From Candidatus Fervidifonticultor sextus (GTDB lineage Bacteria > Sysuimicrobiota > Sysuimicrobiia > Sysuimicrobiales > Humicultoraceae), in NCBI GenBank assembly GCA_031459875.1, contig JAVKHQ010000038.1, forward strand, positions 1 to 22,290: a stretch of 22,290 bases of DNA, in the 5' to 3' direction. Within the stretch, counting starts at the first letter, position 1; each line of letters begins with the position of its first letter. Shown here piece after piece: positions 9,091 to 17,960 of this stretch. The notes beneath the pieces were generated by a model. It was not told where the DNA came from. It was given only the letters and a program-made list of their open reading frames with translations, and did no database searches. The translations under genes and the position numbers were made by a program.

Positions 9091-10221
9091 ATGAACAGGT
9101 TGGTCGGGGCGCGATGGGCCGCGCTGGGCCTGGCCGTGGCGCTGTCGGGCACGCTGCCCGCCGGCGCCGCCCCGGCGCTGCCCGCCGGCCTGCCGGACTA
9201 CTACCCGGCGGGCTATGCTGCGATGGTCGAAGCCTCGCGGGCAGAGGGACGCGTCCTGGTCTACTCGATCATGTCGGCGTCCAACTGGGCGCCGGTCATC
9301 CGCGAGTTCAACAGGATCTATCCCTGGATCCGGGTGGAGACCACCGACCTGGGATCCTACGAGGTCTTCGAGCGCTTCCTCTCCGAGGTCGGCACCGGCG
9401 CGGCCAGCGCCGACATGCTGATCAGCAACGCGCCGGACACCTGGCAGGATCTTCTGCGGCGCAACCTGGTCCAGCGCTACGAGTCGCCGGAGAAGCGACA
9501 CCTGCCCGCCTGGGCGGTGGTCCAGGATGCGATCTACAACGTCTCCTCGGACCCGATGGTCATCGTCTACAACAAGAAGATCCTCAGGCCGGACCTGCAG
9601 CCCAAGAGCATCGAGGAGATCGCGCGGCTGGCCGAGCAGTACCCCCGGACGTTCCAGAACCGCATCACGACCTATGACGTCGAGCAGTCGTCCACCGGGT
9701 TCAACAACTTCTGGGTCTTCGTGGCCAAGCACCGCGGCAAGGCCTGGGAGTGGTTCGACGCCATCGGGAAGACCGGGGTGCGCCCGCTGGTGAGCGCCGG
9801 CCCCATGGTGGACGGGGTAATCAGCGGAGAGTACCTGATTGCCTTCTTCGCCTCCACGATCACGATCTTCCCCCGCCTGGCGCGGCCCGGGGTCAGGGAC
9901 ATCATCGAGTGGAGCTACGAACGTGACGGGACGCCGATCGTGCTCCGGGGCATGGGCATCCCCAACGCAGCCAGGAACCCGAACAGCGCCAAGTTGCTGC
10001 TGGACTTCATCGTGTCCCAGAAAGGTCAGGTGGCGTTCACCGAGGGCGGGCTGGTCGCCTACCGTCCCGACGTGGCGAGGACGGCCCGCTTCCACCTGCA
10101 GGACCTGCTGGCGACGATCGGCCCGGAGAACGCGTTGCGATACTCCTACGATCCCGCGCTGCTGGATCCGAAGGCCCGGACGGACTTCGTGAACCGGTGG
10201 AAGCAGGCGTTCCGGCGCTAG
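9091..10221 (+). CDS. ABC transporter substrate-binding protein, Fe3+/AfuA-like family
   Basis: Signal peptide; motifs EGRVLVYS, FNRIYPWI, VIVYNKK, ARNPNSAKLLLDFIVSQKGQ. Followed by cognate permease and ATPase. Confidence 0.88.
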   Translation: MNRLVGARWAALGLAVALSGTLPAGAAPALPAGLPDYYPAGYAAMVEASRAEGRVLVYSIMSASNWAPVIREFNRIYPWIRVETTDLGSYEVFERFLSEVGTGAASADMLISNAPDTWQDLLRRNLVQRYESPEKRHLPAWAVVQDAIYNVSSDPMVIVYNKKILRPDLQPKSIEEIARLAEQYPRTFQNRITTYDVEQSSTGFNNFWVFVAKHRGKAWEWFDAIGKTGVRPLVSAGPMVDGVISGEYLIAFFASTITIFPRLARPGVRDIIEWSYERDGTPIVLRGMGIPNAARNPNSAKLLLDFIVSQKGQVAFTEGGLVAYRPDVARTARFHLQDLLATIGPENALRYSYDPALLDPKARTDFVNRWKQAFRR

Positions 10222-10248
10222 AGAATTCGACGGTGACCTCGGGCTGAC

Positions 10249-11961
10249 ATGCTCGAGGCGGCGCGTCTGCCGGCGGCTGCGGGCGGGAGGACCGATGTCC
10301 CCCTGCAGTGGGGCATCGGTCTTCTCGCCGTCGTGCTCGTGCTCTTTCCCCTGGCGCCGATCCTCTACCAGAGCGTCCTGGCTCGCCCCCTCTACGAACC
10401 CGAACGGGTCCTCAGCCTGGAGAACTATGCGCGGGTGCTGGCCTCCCGGGAGTTCCATGCGGCCGCCGCCAACTCCCTGGCCGCCGCCGGCGCGACCGTG
10501 GTCCTGGCCGTGGGACTGGGCACCCTGCTGGCCGTGCTGGTCATGCGGACCGACCTGCCGCTGCGGGGCCTGCTGGGCAGCCTCGTCATGAGCCCGCTGT
10601 ACATCTCGCCCCTGGTGCTGGCCTTCGCCTGGGTGACGATGTTCGGACCTCAGGGCTACGTGACCATCGCGCTGCGCGCGGCCACCGGCGCCGAGCCCTG
10701 GAACCTCTACAGCCTGCCGGGGATCGTGGCGGTCTCGATCTTCTACTACGCGCCGATTGCCTATCTCAACGCGGTCGCCAGCCTGTCGCTCTCCGATCCC
10801 ACGGTGGAGGACGCCGCGCGGGTGGCCGGGGCATCCCCGCTGCGGGTCCTGGCGACCGTGACGCTGCCGCTGCTGCGCCCGGCGGTCACCTACAGTGCGC
10901 TGCTGGTGGGCATCTCCTCCCTCGAGCTGCTCTCCATCCCCCTGATCCTCGGCACCCCGTCCGGCATCGACACGCTGGCCACGCTGCTGGTGAAACTCGG
11001 CGTGATGGGCGGCCGGCCGGACTACGGCGGTGTGGCGGCGGTGGCCGTGATCCTGCTGGCGGTGGTCACCCTGCTGATCCTGGTCCAGGAACGGCTGATC
11101 GGCGCGGGCCAGCGCTTTGTGACCGTGCGCGGCAAGGCGGTCGCCCCGCGGCCCCTGGCCATCGGCCCCCTGCGGGTGGTGGCACTGGCCCTCGGTCTGG
11201 CCTACGTCCTGCTCGGCGTGGTGGTGCCGCTGGTCGGCATCCTGCTGCGCTCGGTCGTCGGGTTCCTCTCCCCGCTGGCCAACCCGCTGGACTCCCTGAC
11301 CCTGGAGCACTACGCGCTGGTCTTCCAGACCGAGAGCTACCGGCGGTCGGTCACCAACAGCCTGCTGATCGCCGGGGTCGGAGGCGGCGCCGGCATCCTG
11401 TTCATGACCCTGCTGGCGCTGGTCGCCTACCGGTCGGAACTGGGCTGGCGGCGGATGTTGGGCTTCGTCGCCCTCTACCCCCGGGCGATCCCGGGCCTGA
11501 TCGTGGGGATCGGGTTCCTGTGGTCGTTCCTGCTGATCCCCCGCCTGGGCGGCCTGCGGAACACCGTGCTGGCGCTGGCGGTCGCCTTCATCATGCGCTA
11601 CATCCCCTACGGGTTCTCCATCATCGCACCCACCCTCACCCGCGTCAGCCGCGAACTGGACAGTGCCGCCCGGGTCTGCGGCGACGACTGGACGGGGACG
11701 GTGCGCCGTGTGCTCCTCCCGGTGCTGCGTCCCGCCATCCTGACGGGGTGGGTCCTCCTGTTCATCACCTTCCTCAAGGAGTACTCCTCGGCGGTCTTCC
11801 TGTTCGCGCGCGGCAGCGAGGTCATGGGCACGACGATGCTGGAACTGTGGCGGCAGGGCGACATGGGGCCGGTGAGCGTGCTGGCCGCGCTGCAGGTGCT
11901 CCTGATCCTGGCGGTGACCCTGGTCATGCGCTACGCCTTCGGCGTGCGGTTCCATGGCTGA
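10249..11961 (+). CDS. Fe3+-type ABC permease (FbpB/AfuB-like, fused double TM domain)
   Basis: Strongly hydrophobic 570 aa with two EAA-type loops (VEDAARVAGAS; LDSAARVCGDD). Confidence 0.9.
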   Translation: MLEAARLPAAAGGRTDVPLQWGIGLLAVVLVLFPLAPILYQSVLARPLYEPERVLSLENYARVLASREFHAAAANSLAAAGATVVLAVGLGTLLAVLVMRTDLPLRGLLGSLVMSPLYISPLVLAFAWVTMFGPQGYVTIALRAATGAEPWNLYSLPGIVAVSIFYYAPIAYLNAVASLSLSDPTVEDAARVAGASPLRVLATVTLPLLRPAVTYSALLVGISSLELLSIPLILGTPSGIDTLATLLVKLGVMGGRPDYGGVAAVAVILLAVVTLLILVQERLIGAGQRFVTVRGKAVAPRPLAIGPLRVVALALGLAYVLLGVVVPLVGILLRSVVGFLSPLANPLDSLTLEHYALVFQTESYRRSVTNSLLIAGVGGGAGILFMTLLALVAYRSELGWRRMLGFVALYPRAIPGLIVGIGFLWSFLLIPRLGGLRNTVLALAVAFIMRYIPYGFSIIAPTLTRVSRELDSAARVCGDDWTGTVRRVLLPVLRPAILTGWVLLFITFLKEYSSAVFLFARGSEVMGTTMLELWRQGDMGPVSVLAALQVLLILAVTLVMRYAFGVRFHG

Positions 11962-13027
11962 GGTCGTCATCGAGGGCCTGACGAAGCGGTTCGGCGCGGT
12001 CACCGCGGTGGACGGCATCAGTCTGACCGTCGCCAGCGGCGAACTCATCTCATTGCTCGGCCCCTCGGGATGCGGCAAGACCACGACGCTCATGTGCCTC
12101 GCCGGCCTGGAGCGGCCCGATGCGGGGCGCATCCTGGCCGCCGGCGAGATCCTCGCGGATGCCGACCGCCGCTTCTTCCTGCCGCCGGAGCGCCGCCAGC
12201 TGGGGATGGTCTTCCAGTCATACGCACTCTGGCCGCACATGACGGTGGCCGACAACATCGCCTACGGCCTGCGCACGCGCCGCGTCCCCGAGGCTCAGGT
12301 CCGCCGGCAGACAGAGGAGGTGCTGCGGCTGGTCCAGCTGGAGGGGATGGGGAACCGCTACCCCCACCAGTTGAGCGGCGGCCAGCAGCAGCGGGTGGCG
12401 CTGGCGCGGGCCCTGGTCTACCAGCCCAGGATCCTGCTGCTGGACGAGCCGTTGAGCAACCTCGACGCCAAACTCCGCGAGCACGCCCGGGTCTGGCTGC
12501 GCGACCTCCAGCAGCGGCTGCGCATCACCGCGGTCTACGTGACCCACGACCAGGTGGAGGCCCTCAGCCTCTCCGACCGCATCGCCGTCATGTCAGCGGG
12601 GCACATCGTGCAACTGGGCAGGCCGCGCGAGATCTACGAGCGCCCCGCCGACCGCTTCGTCGCGGACTTCATCGGCCAGGCCAGCTTCCTCCCCGGCGAG
12701 GTCATCGCACGCGACGACCCCACGGTCCGCATCCGGCTGGCGGCCGGGCAGGAACTCCGGGTGGAGACCTCGCAGGCCTGGGCGCCCGGGCAGGCGGTGC
12801 TGGTCGCGGTCCGGCCCGAGCGCGTGGTGCTGGCCGACGGTCAGACCGACAACGTGCTGGCCGGGGCGGTCCGATCCCACGTGTACCTGGGCGCGCGCCA
12901 CCAGTACCTGGTGGACGTCGGAGGACTGGAGGTCCGCCTGGAGGTGGCGGAAGAACTGCCGCCGGGACCGGTGCGGCTCCACATCCCTCCCCACGCCGCG
13001 ACCCTGCTGCCCCATGGGCCCGCTTGA
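11954..13027 (+). CDS. ABC transporter ATP-binding protein (FbpC/PotA-like, TOBE domain)
   Basis: Walker A GPSGCGKT, FQSYALWPHMTV, signature LSGGQQQR, Walker B LLLDEP, YVTHDQ. Confidence 0.95.
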   Translation: MAEVVIEGLTKRFGAVTAVDGISLTVASGELISLLGPSGCGKTTTLMCLAGLERPDAGRILAAGEILADADRRFFLPPERRQLGMVFQSYALWPHMTVADNIAYGLRTRRVPEAQVRRQTEEVLRLVQLEGMGNRYPHQLSGGQQQRVALARALVYQPRILLLDEPLSNLDAKLREHARVWLRDLQQRLRITAVYVTHDQVEALSLSDRIAVMSAGHIVQLGRPREIYERPADRFVADFIGQASFLPGEVIARDDPTVRIRLAAGQELRVETSQAWAPGQAVLVAVRPERVVLADGQTDNVLAGAVRSHVYLGARHQYLVDVGGLEVRLEVAEELPPGPVRLHIPPHAATLLPHGPA

Positions 13028-14186
13028 GGACCTGCGCGTCCTCGACCTCTCGCGCCTGGTGGCCGGGGGCATGCTGACCACCGTCCTGGCCGACTTCGGG
13101 GCCGAGGTGATCAAGGTGGAGCAACCTGGCAGCGGCGACCCGCTGCGCGCCTGGACCAGGCACGGCGACCCGCTCTGGTGGACGGTCTACAGCCGGAACA
13201 AGAAGTCCGTGACCCTGAACCTGGCCGATCCGCGGGGACAGGCGCTGTGCCGGCGGCTCGTGCGGACCAGCGACGTCCTCGTCGAGAGTTTCATCCCCGG
13301 GACGCTGGAGCGGTGGGGGCTCGGGCCCGCGGTGCTCCTGGGCGAGCAGCCCCACCTGGTGGTGGTGCGGATCTCGGGGTGGGGCCAGGACGGCCCCTAC
13401 GCCCGCCGCCCCGGCTTCGGCACGCTGGTCGAGGCGGCCTCGGGGTTCGCCGCGCTGACCGGGTTTCCCGACCGGCCGCCGGTGCTCCCGCCGATCCCCC
13501 TCGCCGACATGGTCACGGCGCTCTACGGCGTGGGGGCCGTGCTGATGGCGCTGCGGGTGCGTGATGGCGGCGGCCAGGTCATCGACCTGCCCCTCTTCGA
13601 CTCGCTCTTCTCCATCCTCGGCCCGCTGGCGGCCGAGTACGTCCGCTACGGGGTGGTGCGCGAGCGGATCGGAAACCTCTCGCACAACGCCGCGCCGCGG
13701 AACACCTACCAGACGCAGGACGGCACCTGGATCGCAGTCTCGGCGTCCACGCAACCCATGGCCGAGCGGCTGTTCCGTGCGCTCGACCTCGGCCATCTGC
13801 TGGAGGACGAGCGCTTCGCCACCAACGAGGCGCGGCTGCGCCACCGGGAGGATCTCGACCGTCTGGTCGCAGAGGCCTTCGCGCGGCGCACCACAGACGA
13901 GATCCTCAGGCTGTTCGCCACCGAGGGCGTCACGGCCATGCCGGTCTACACCATCGCCCAGATCCTCGCCGACGCCCACGTGCGCGCCCGGGGCGTGGTC
14001 ACCGAGGTGCCCGACCGGAACGGCCAGCCGGCGGCGATGCACGCCGTCACCCCCCGGCTGTCCCGGACGCCCGGGTCGATCCGTCATGTGGGCCCGGCGC
14101 TGGGCCAGCACAACGACGAAGTCTACGGCCGGCTGGGACTGTCGCCGGAGGAGATCAGAGCCGCGAGAGAGGCGCAGGTGATATGA
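13014..14186 (+). CDS. Family III CoA-transferase (CaiB/BaiF)
   Basis: Motifs GPLEDLRVLDLS, LADFGAEVIKVEQP, RNKKSVTLNL, ISGWGQDGPY, catalytic-Asp region LADM, PALGQHN. Confidence 0.93.
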   Translation: MGPLEDLRVLDLSRLVAGGMLTTVLADFGAEVIKVEQPGSGDPLRAWTRHGDPLWWTVYSRNKKSVTLNLADPRGQALCRRLVRTSDVLVESFIPGTLERWGLGPAVLLGEQPHLVVVRISGWGQDGPYARRPGFGTLVEAASGFAALTGFPDRPPVLPPIPLADMVTALYGVGAVLMALRVRDGGGQVIDLPLFDSLFSILGPLAAEYVRYGVVRERIGNLSHNAAPRNTYQTQDGTWIAVSASTQPMAERLFRALDLGHLLEDERFATNEARLRHREDLDRLVAEAFARRTTDEILRLFATEGVTAMPVYTIAQILADAHVRARGVVTEVPDRNGQPAAMHAVTPRLSRTPGSIRHVGPALGQHNDEVYGRLGLSPEEIRAAREAQVI

Positions 14187-14935
14187 CCGAACCGGTGTTC
14201 CGCACGGCTGTCTCGACCCACGACGCGACCCGCGTGGTGCTGCGGGGGCACGACATTACTGCCCTGATGACCGGCCGGACGTTCGGCCAGGTCGCGTTCC
14301 TGCTCCTGGTCGGCCGGCTGCCGACTCCGGGGGAGGCCGCGGTGTTCGAGGCGATGCTCGTCGCCTCGTCGGACCACGGGCCGAACCCGCCGTCGACCTC
14401 GGCCGCCCGGATCATCGCCTCGGGCAACCGCGCCGCCATCGAGGCGGCGATCGCCGGAGGGATCCTGGCCATCGGCGACGTCCACGGGGGCGCCGGAGAG
14501 GCGTTGATGGACCTGATGGCCGCCGCCCTGCGCGAGCACCCCGACCCGCGGACCGCGGCGCGCCAGGTGGTCCGCTCGGCCCTCGCCGCAGGACGGCGCC
14601 TGCCCGGGTTCGGCCACCGGACCCACACCCCCGCCGACCCGCGCCACGTGGCCCTGTTTGCGCTGGCCCGCCAGCACCGGATCGCCGGAGCCGGCGTGGC
14701 CTTCGCGGAAGCCGTCCAGGAAGAACTCGCGGCGCAGGGCAGGGCGCTGCCCATCAACGTGGACGGCGCCATGGCGGCCCTGCTCTACGACATGGGCCTG
14801 CCGGCCCATCTGGGCAAGGTGGTCTTCATCATCGGCCGCGTCGCGGGTCTGGCCGCCCATGCCATGGAGGAGATGAACCGGGAGCGGCCGATGCGGTTCC
14901 ACTTCCCCTTCGTCTACGACGGCCCCGAGGGCTGA
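14183..14935 (+). CDS. Citryl-CoA lyase-like / short citrate-synthase-fold protein
   Basis: 250 aa with citrate-synthase-fold motifs DHG, HGGA, PGFGH, DPR, INVDGA and R..G..AH..EE. ATGA overlap with the CoA-transferase. Confidence 0.88.
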   Translation: MTEPVFRTAVSTHDATRVVLRGHDITALMTGRTFGQVAFLLLVGRLPTPGEAAVFEAMLVASSDHGPNPPSTSAARIIASGNRAAIEAAIAGGILAIGDVHGGAGEALMDLMAAALREHPDPRTAARQVVRSALAAGRRLPGFGHRTHTPADPRHVALFALARQHRIAGAGVAFAEAVQEELAAQGRALPINVDGAMAALLYDMGLPAHLGKVVFIIGRVAGLAAHAMEEMNRERPMRFHFPFVYDGPEG

Positions 14936-14960
14936 CACCCACGGAGTGCCAGAGGCAGGC

Positions 14961-16106
14961 ATGCAGGTCGCCGGCATCACCATCCACGTACTGCGCAGCA
15001 TCACCGGGTCGGTGGCCATGCCCGATCAGGCCGGGATGCTGGCCCGCGAGATCAGCGCGGCCCTCGTCGAAGTGCGCACCGACGAAGGGGTCACGGGGTA
15101 CGGGGAGTCGTTCTACCGCTCGCTGGAGGAGACCCGCGCGCTGGCGGCCAGCGTCCGGGCGCTGGGACGACACCTGCTGGGATGCAGCCCGCTGGATGTG
15201 CATCAACGGTGGCACGAACTCTACGGCCATGCCAAGCGCTCGGGGGCCTGGGGCGCGCTGAGCGCGCTGGACGAGGCGCTGTGGGACATCAAGGGCAAGG
15301 TCGCCGCACGCCCGGTCTACGACCTGCTGGGCGGCCTGACCACTCCGGTGCGCGCCTATGCTACCTTCCCGCTGGGTCGGACTGTCGACGACCTCGTCGA
15401 GGTGGCCTCCTGGCTGGCCCGACACGGATTCGCCCTGATGAAGATCCCGGTCGGCCACGGCGTGGACGCCGACCGTCGGCTCATCCGTGACCTCACCGCG
15501 CGGCTGCCGGAGGGGTTCGGGCTGGCCATCGACGCCAACACCACCTACACCATCACCGAGGCCCTGGCCGTGGGCCAGACGGCCGCCGAGTGCGGGGTCG
15601 CCTGGTTCGAGGAGCCGATCGAGCACACCAACATCCAGGGCATGGTCGAACTGTCCCGCAGGCTGTCGGTGCCCATCGCGGGCTACCAGACGTACAACAC
15701 GCACTACCCGGCGCTGGAGTTGTTGAAGGCCGGCGCGCTGGACATCTACCAGCCGTCGCTGGACTATGTGGGCGGGGTCACGGCGGCGCAGCGCGTGGGG
15801 GTGTTGGTCGAGGCCTTCGGTAAGCGTCTGGTCCCCCACACCCTTGGGCCCATCGTGAACTTCGCGGCCAGTCTCCACGTGGCCGCCAGCCAGCGGGCCT
15901 GCACGTTGATCGAGTTCCCGGTGGTCTCGCGGGCCGTGGACGACCCCGGCCGGTTTCACGCCGGTCTCTATGTCACCAACATCGAGGAGATCAGCCTGCG
16001 ATCGGATGGGACGCTCCGTCCGCCAGAGCGCCCCGGGGTCGGCGTCGAGATCGACTGGGACGCCGTGAGGGCGGTCGAGATCGACACGATGCACGTGACG
16101 GCCTGA
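14961..16106 (+). CDS. Mandelate racemase/muconate lactonizing enzyme family protein (enolase superfamily)
   Basis: Motifs VEVRTDEGVTGYGE, SALDEALWDIKGK, PVYDLLGG, IDAN, WFEEP, VPH, PERPGVGVEID. ATG 14961 preferred over GTG 14946. Confidence 0.9.
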   Translation: MQVAGITIHVLRSITGSVAMPDQAGMLAREISAALVEVRTDEGVTGYGESFYRSLEETRALAASVRALGRHLLGCSPLDVHQRWHELYGHAKRSGAWGALSALDEALWDIKGKVAARPVYDLLGGLTTPVRAYATFPLGRTVDDLVEVASWLARHGFALMKIPVGHGVDADRRLIRDLTARLPEGFGLAIDANTTYTITEALAVGQTAAECGVAWFEEPIEHTNIQGMVELSRRLSVPIAGYQTYNTHYPALELLKAGALDIYQPSLDYVGGVTAAQRVGVLVEAFGKRLVPHTLGPIVNFAASLHVAASQRACTLIEFPVVSRAVDDPGRFHAGLYVTNIEEISLRSDGTLRPPERPGVGVEIDWDAVRAVEIDTMHVTA

Positions 16107-16117
16107 GGGCCGCCGCC

Positions 16118-16858
16118 TCAGGGGAAGACCCCCAGCAACTCGCGGAACTCGCCGATCACGTGGGTGGGGACCGCCCGGTGGGCCAACCCCTCGTCCTTCT
16201 CCGCGGTCAGCGCCGAGGGGATCAGCACCGTGATCCCAAACCCGGCCGCCGCCGCGCCGTTGATGTCGCGGTTGATGGTGTCGCCGACGTAAGCGCACCG
16301 ATCCGGCGGCACGCCGAGCAGATCGGCGGCGATGTGGAAGATGGCCGTCCCCGGCTTGCGGTGCGTCGTGACCGACGAGAGCACCACGGCCTCGAACCGG
16401 TCGGCGATCCCGTACCGCCGGAGGTTGCGGGGCACGACGGTGCGGCTGCAGACGTTGCTGATGATGCCCAGCCGGTAGCCGCGCCGCCGGAGGACCTGGA
16501 GGACCCTGCGGACCCCAGGCCGCAGCCGGCGCCGGTAGTAGGACTCGTCGTAGGCCACCATGAGGGTCTCGGCCGCCTGCGCCACCGCCTCCCTCCCCCG
16601 GTCGTCCAGGAGGTCGCGCAGGAAATAGTCCAGCCAGATCTGCTCCGGCGGCAGTTCCCGCAGGGCCTCGTCTCGCCACCGGTAGTACGCCTCGCGGCCG
16701 GTGATGAACGCGGGCTCGAAGACCCGCATCGGCAGCCCGACCCCGATCTCGGCCAGGAGGCGGTGGAGCCGGCGCCGGGCCCGGGCGCGGTCATCGGAGG
16801 TCGACCGAACCTCCTCGATGCAGCCCACCATGTCGAAGAAGATGGCGTCAGGCCGCAT
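16118..16858 (-). CDS. HAD-superfamily hydrolase
   Basis: Start re-called to ATG 16858 (MRPDAIFFDMVG). Motif II ISN, motif III RKP, motif IV YVGDTINRDINGA. Overlaps the 3' end of the upstream ATPase. Confidence 0.88.
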   Translation of the reverse strand: MRPDAIFFDMVGCIEEVRSTSDDRARARRRLHRLLAEIGVGLPMRVFEPAFITGREAYYRWRDEALRELPPEQIWLDYFLRDLLDDRGREAVAQAAETLMVAYDESYYRRRLRPGVRRVLQVLRRRGYRLGIISNVCSRTVVPRNLRRYGIADRFEAVVLSSVTTHRKPGTAIFHIAADLLGVPPDRCAYVGDTINRDINGAAAAGFGITVLIPSALTAEKDEGLAHRAVPTHVIGEFRELLGVFP

Positions 16859-17960
16859 GCAACGGCACCGCCTGCTCCGTCTGGGGATCGAAGACGTTGA
16901 CGCGGTGGGAGGCCACGGCGAGGCGGATCTCCTGCCCCGGGCGGACGCGCAGGTCTTTGGAGGCACGCACCAGCACGGTATGCTCCCCCAGGCGGGTCAG
17001 CAGGAGCAGGTCGGAGCCGGTGGGCTGGATCTGCTCGACGGTCGCCGGCGCGCCGTCCTGGCCCACCTGCCAGTCCTCGGGCCGGACGGCGACGACGACC
17101 CCGGCGCCGTCAGGACGGTCCGCCTGCCCGGGGACGAAGAGCGGGCCGATGGCGATGCCCGACTCCGTCGGGTCCCGCCGAACGACGCCGCGCAGCAGGT
17201 TGATCATGGGGTTGCCCATGAAGTCGGCGACGAAGAGCGTGGCCGGACGCTCGTAGAGGTCCTGCGGCGGGCCCAGTTGGAGGATCTGACCCGCGCGCAT
17301 CACCGCGACCCGGTCGGACATCGTCAGGGCCTCGATCTGGTCGTGGGTCACGTAGATGGTCGTGGCGCGCGAAGCCGCGTGCACCCGTTTCACCTCGGCC
17401 CGCATGGCGGTACGCAATTTGGCGTCCAGGTTCGACAGCGGCTCGTCCATGAGCAACAGGCGCGGGCCGGTCACCAGCATCCGCGCCAGCGCCACCCGCT
17501 GCTGCTGCCCGCCGCTCAGTTCGTGCGGGTAGCGGGGGCCCAACCCTTCCAGGTGCAGGGAGGCCAGGGCTTCCTCGACGCGGCCGGGGATCTCGGCCGG
17601 CGGACAGCGCCTGACGTGGAGCCCGAAGGCGACATTCTCGAACACCGTCATGTGCGGCCACAGCGCGAAGTTCTGGAAGACCATCCCCAGGTGGCGCGCG
17701 CCGGGGGGCAGGAAGACGCCGCGCTCCCACGAGAAGACCGGCTGCCCGTCCACCCAGATCTCGCCCTCGTCGGGGTGCTCCAGGCCCGCGATCATGCGCA
17801 GCACGGTGGTCTTGCCGCACCCGGACGGCCCCAGCAGCGTGAGGAACTCGCCGGGCTGCACCACGAGCGAGAGGTCCCGGACCGCCACCACCGGCCCGAA
17901 CCGCTTGGTCACGTGCCGGAGTTCCACCAGGGGCGCCGACGCGCCCGCGGCACCGCTCAC
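16848..17960 (-). CDS. ABC transporter ATP-binding protein (FbpC/PotA-like)
   Basis: Motifs GPSGCGKT, FQNFALWPHMTV, LSGGQQQR, LLMDEP, YVTHDQ. Confidence 0.95.
   Translation of the reverse strand: MSGAAGASAPLVELRHVTKRFGPVVAVRDLSLVVQPGEFLTLLGPSGCGKTTVLRMIAGLEHPDEGEIWVDGQPVFSWERGVFLPPGARHLGMVFQNFALWPHMTVFENVAFGLHVRRCPPAEIPGRVEEALASLHLEGLGPRYPHELSGGQQQRVALARMLVTGPRLLLMDEPLSNLDAKLRTAMRAEVKRVHAASRATTIYVTHDQIEALTMSDRVAVMRAGQILQLGPPQDLYERPATLFVADFMGNPMINLLRGVVRRDPTESGIAIGPLFVPGQADRPDGAGVVVAVRPEDWQVGQDGAPATVEQIQPTGSDLLLLTRLGEHTVLVRASKDLRVRPGQEIRLAVASHRVNVFDPQTEQAVPLHAA

Noticed and set aside
9034..12258. 1074-aa minus-strand ORF, the longest in the track
   Set aside because: Antisense to the SBP, permease and ATPase genes. 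Long stop-free shadow frames are expected at this GC content, and it has no recognisable motifs.
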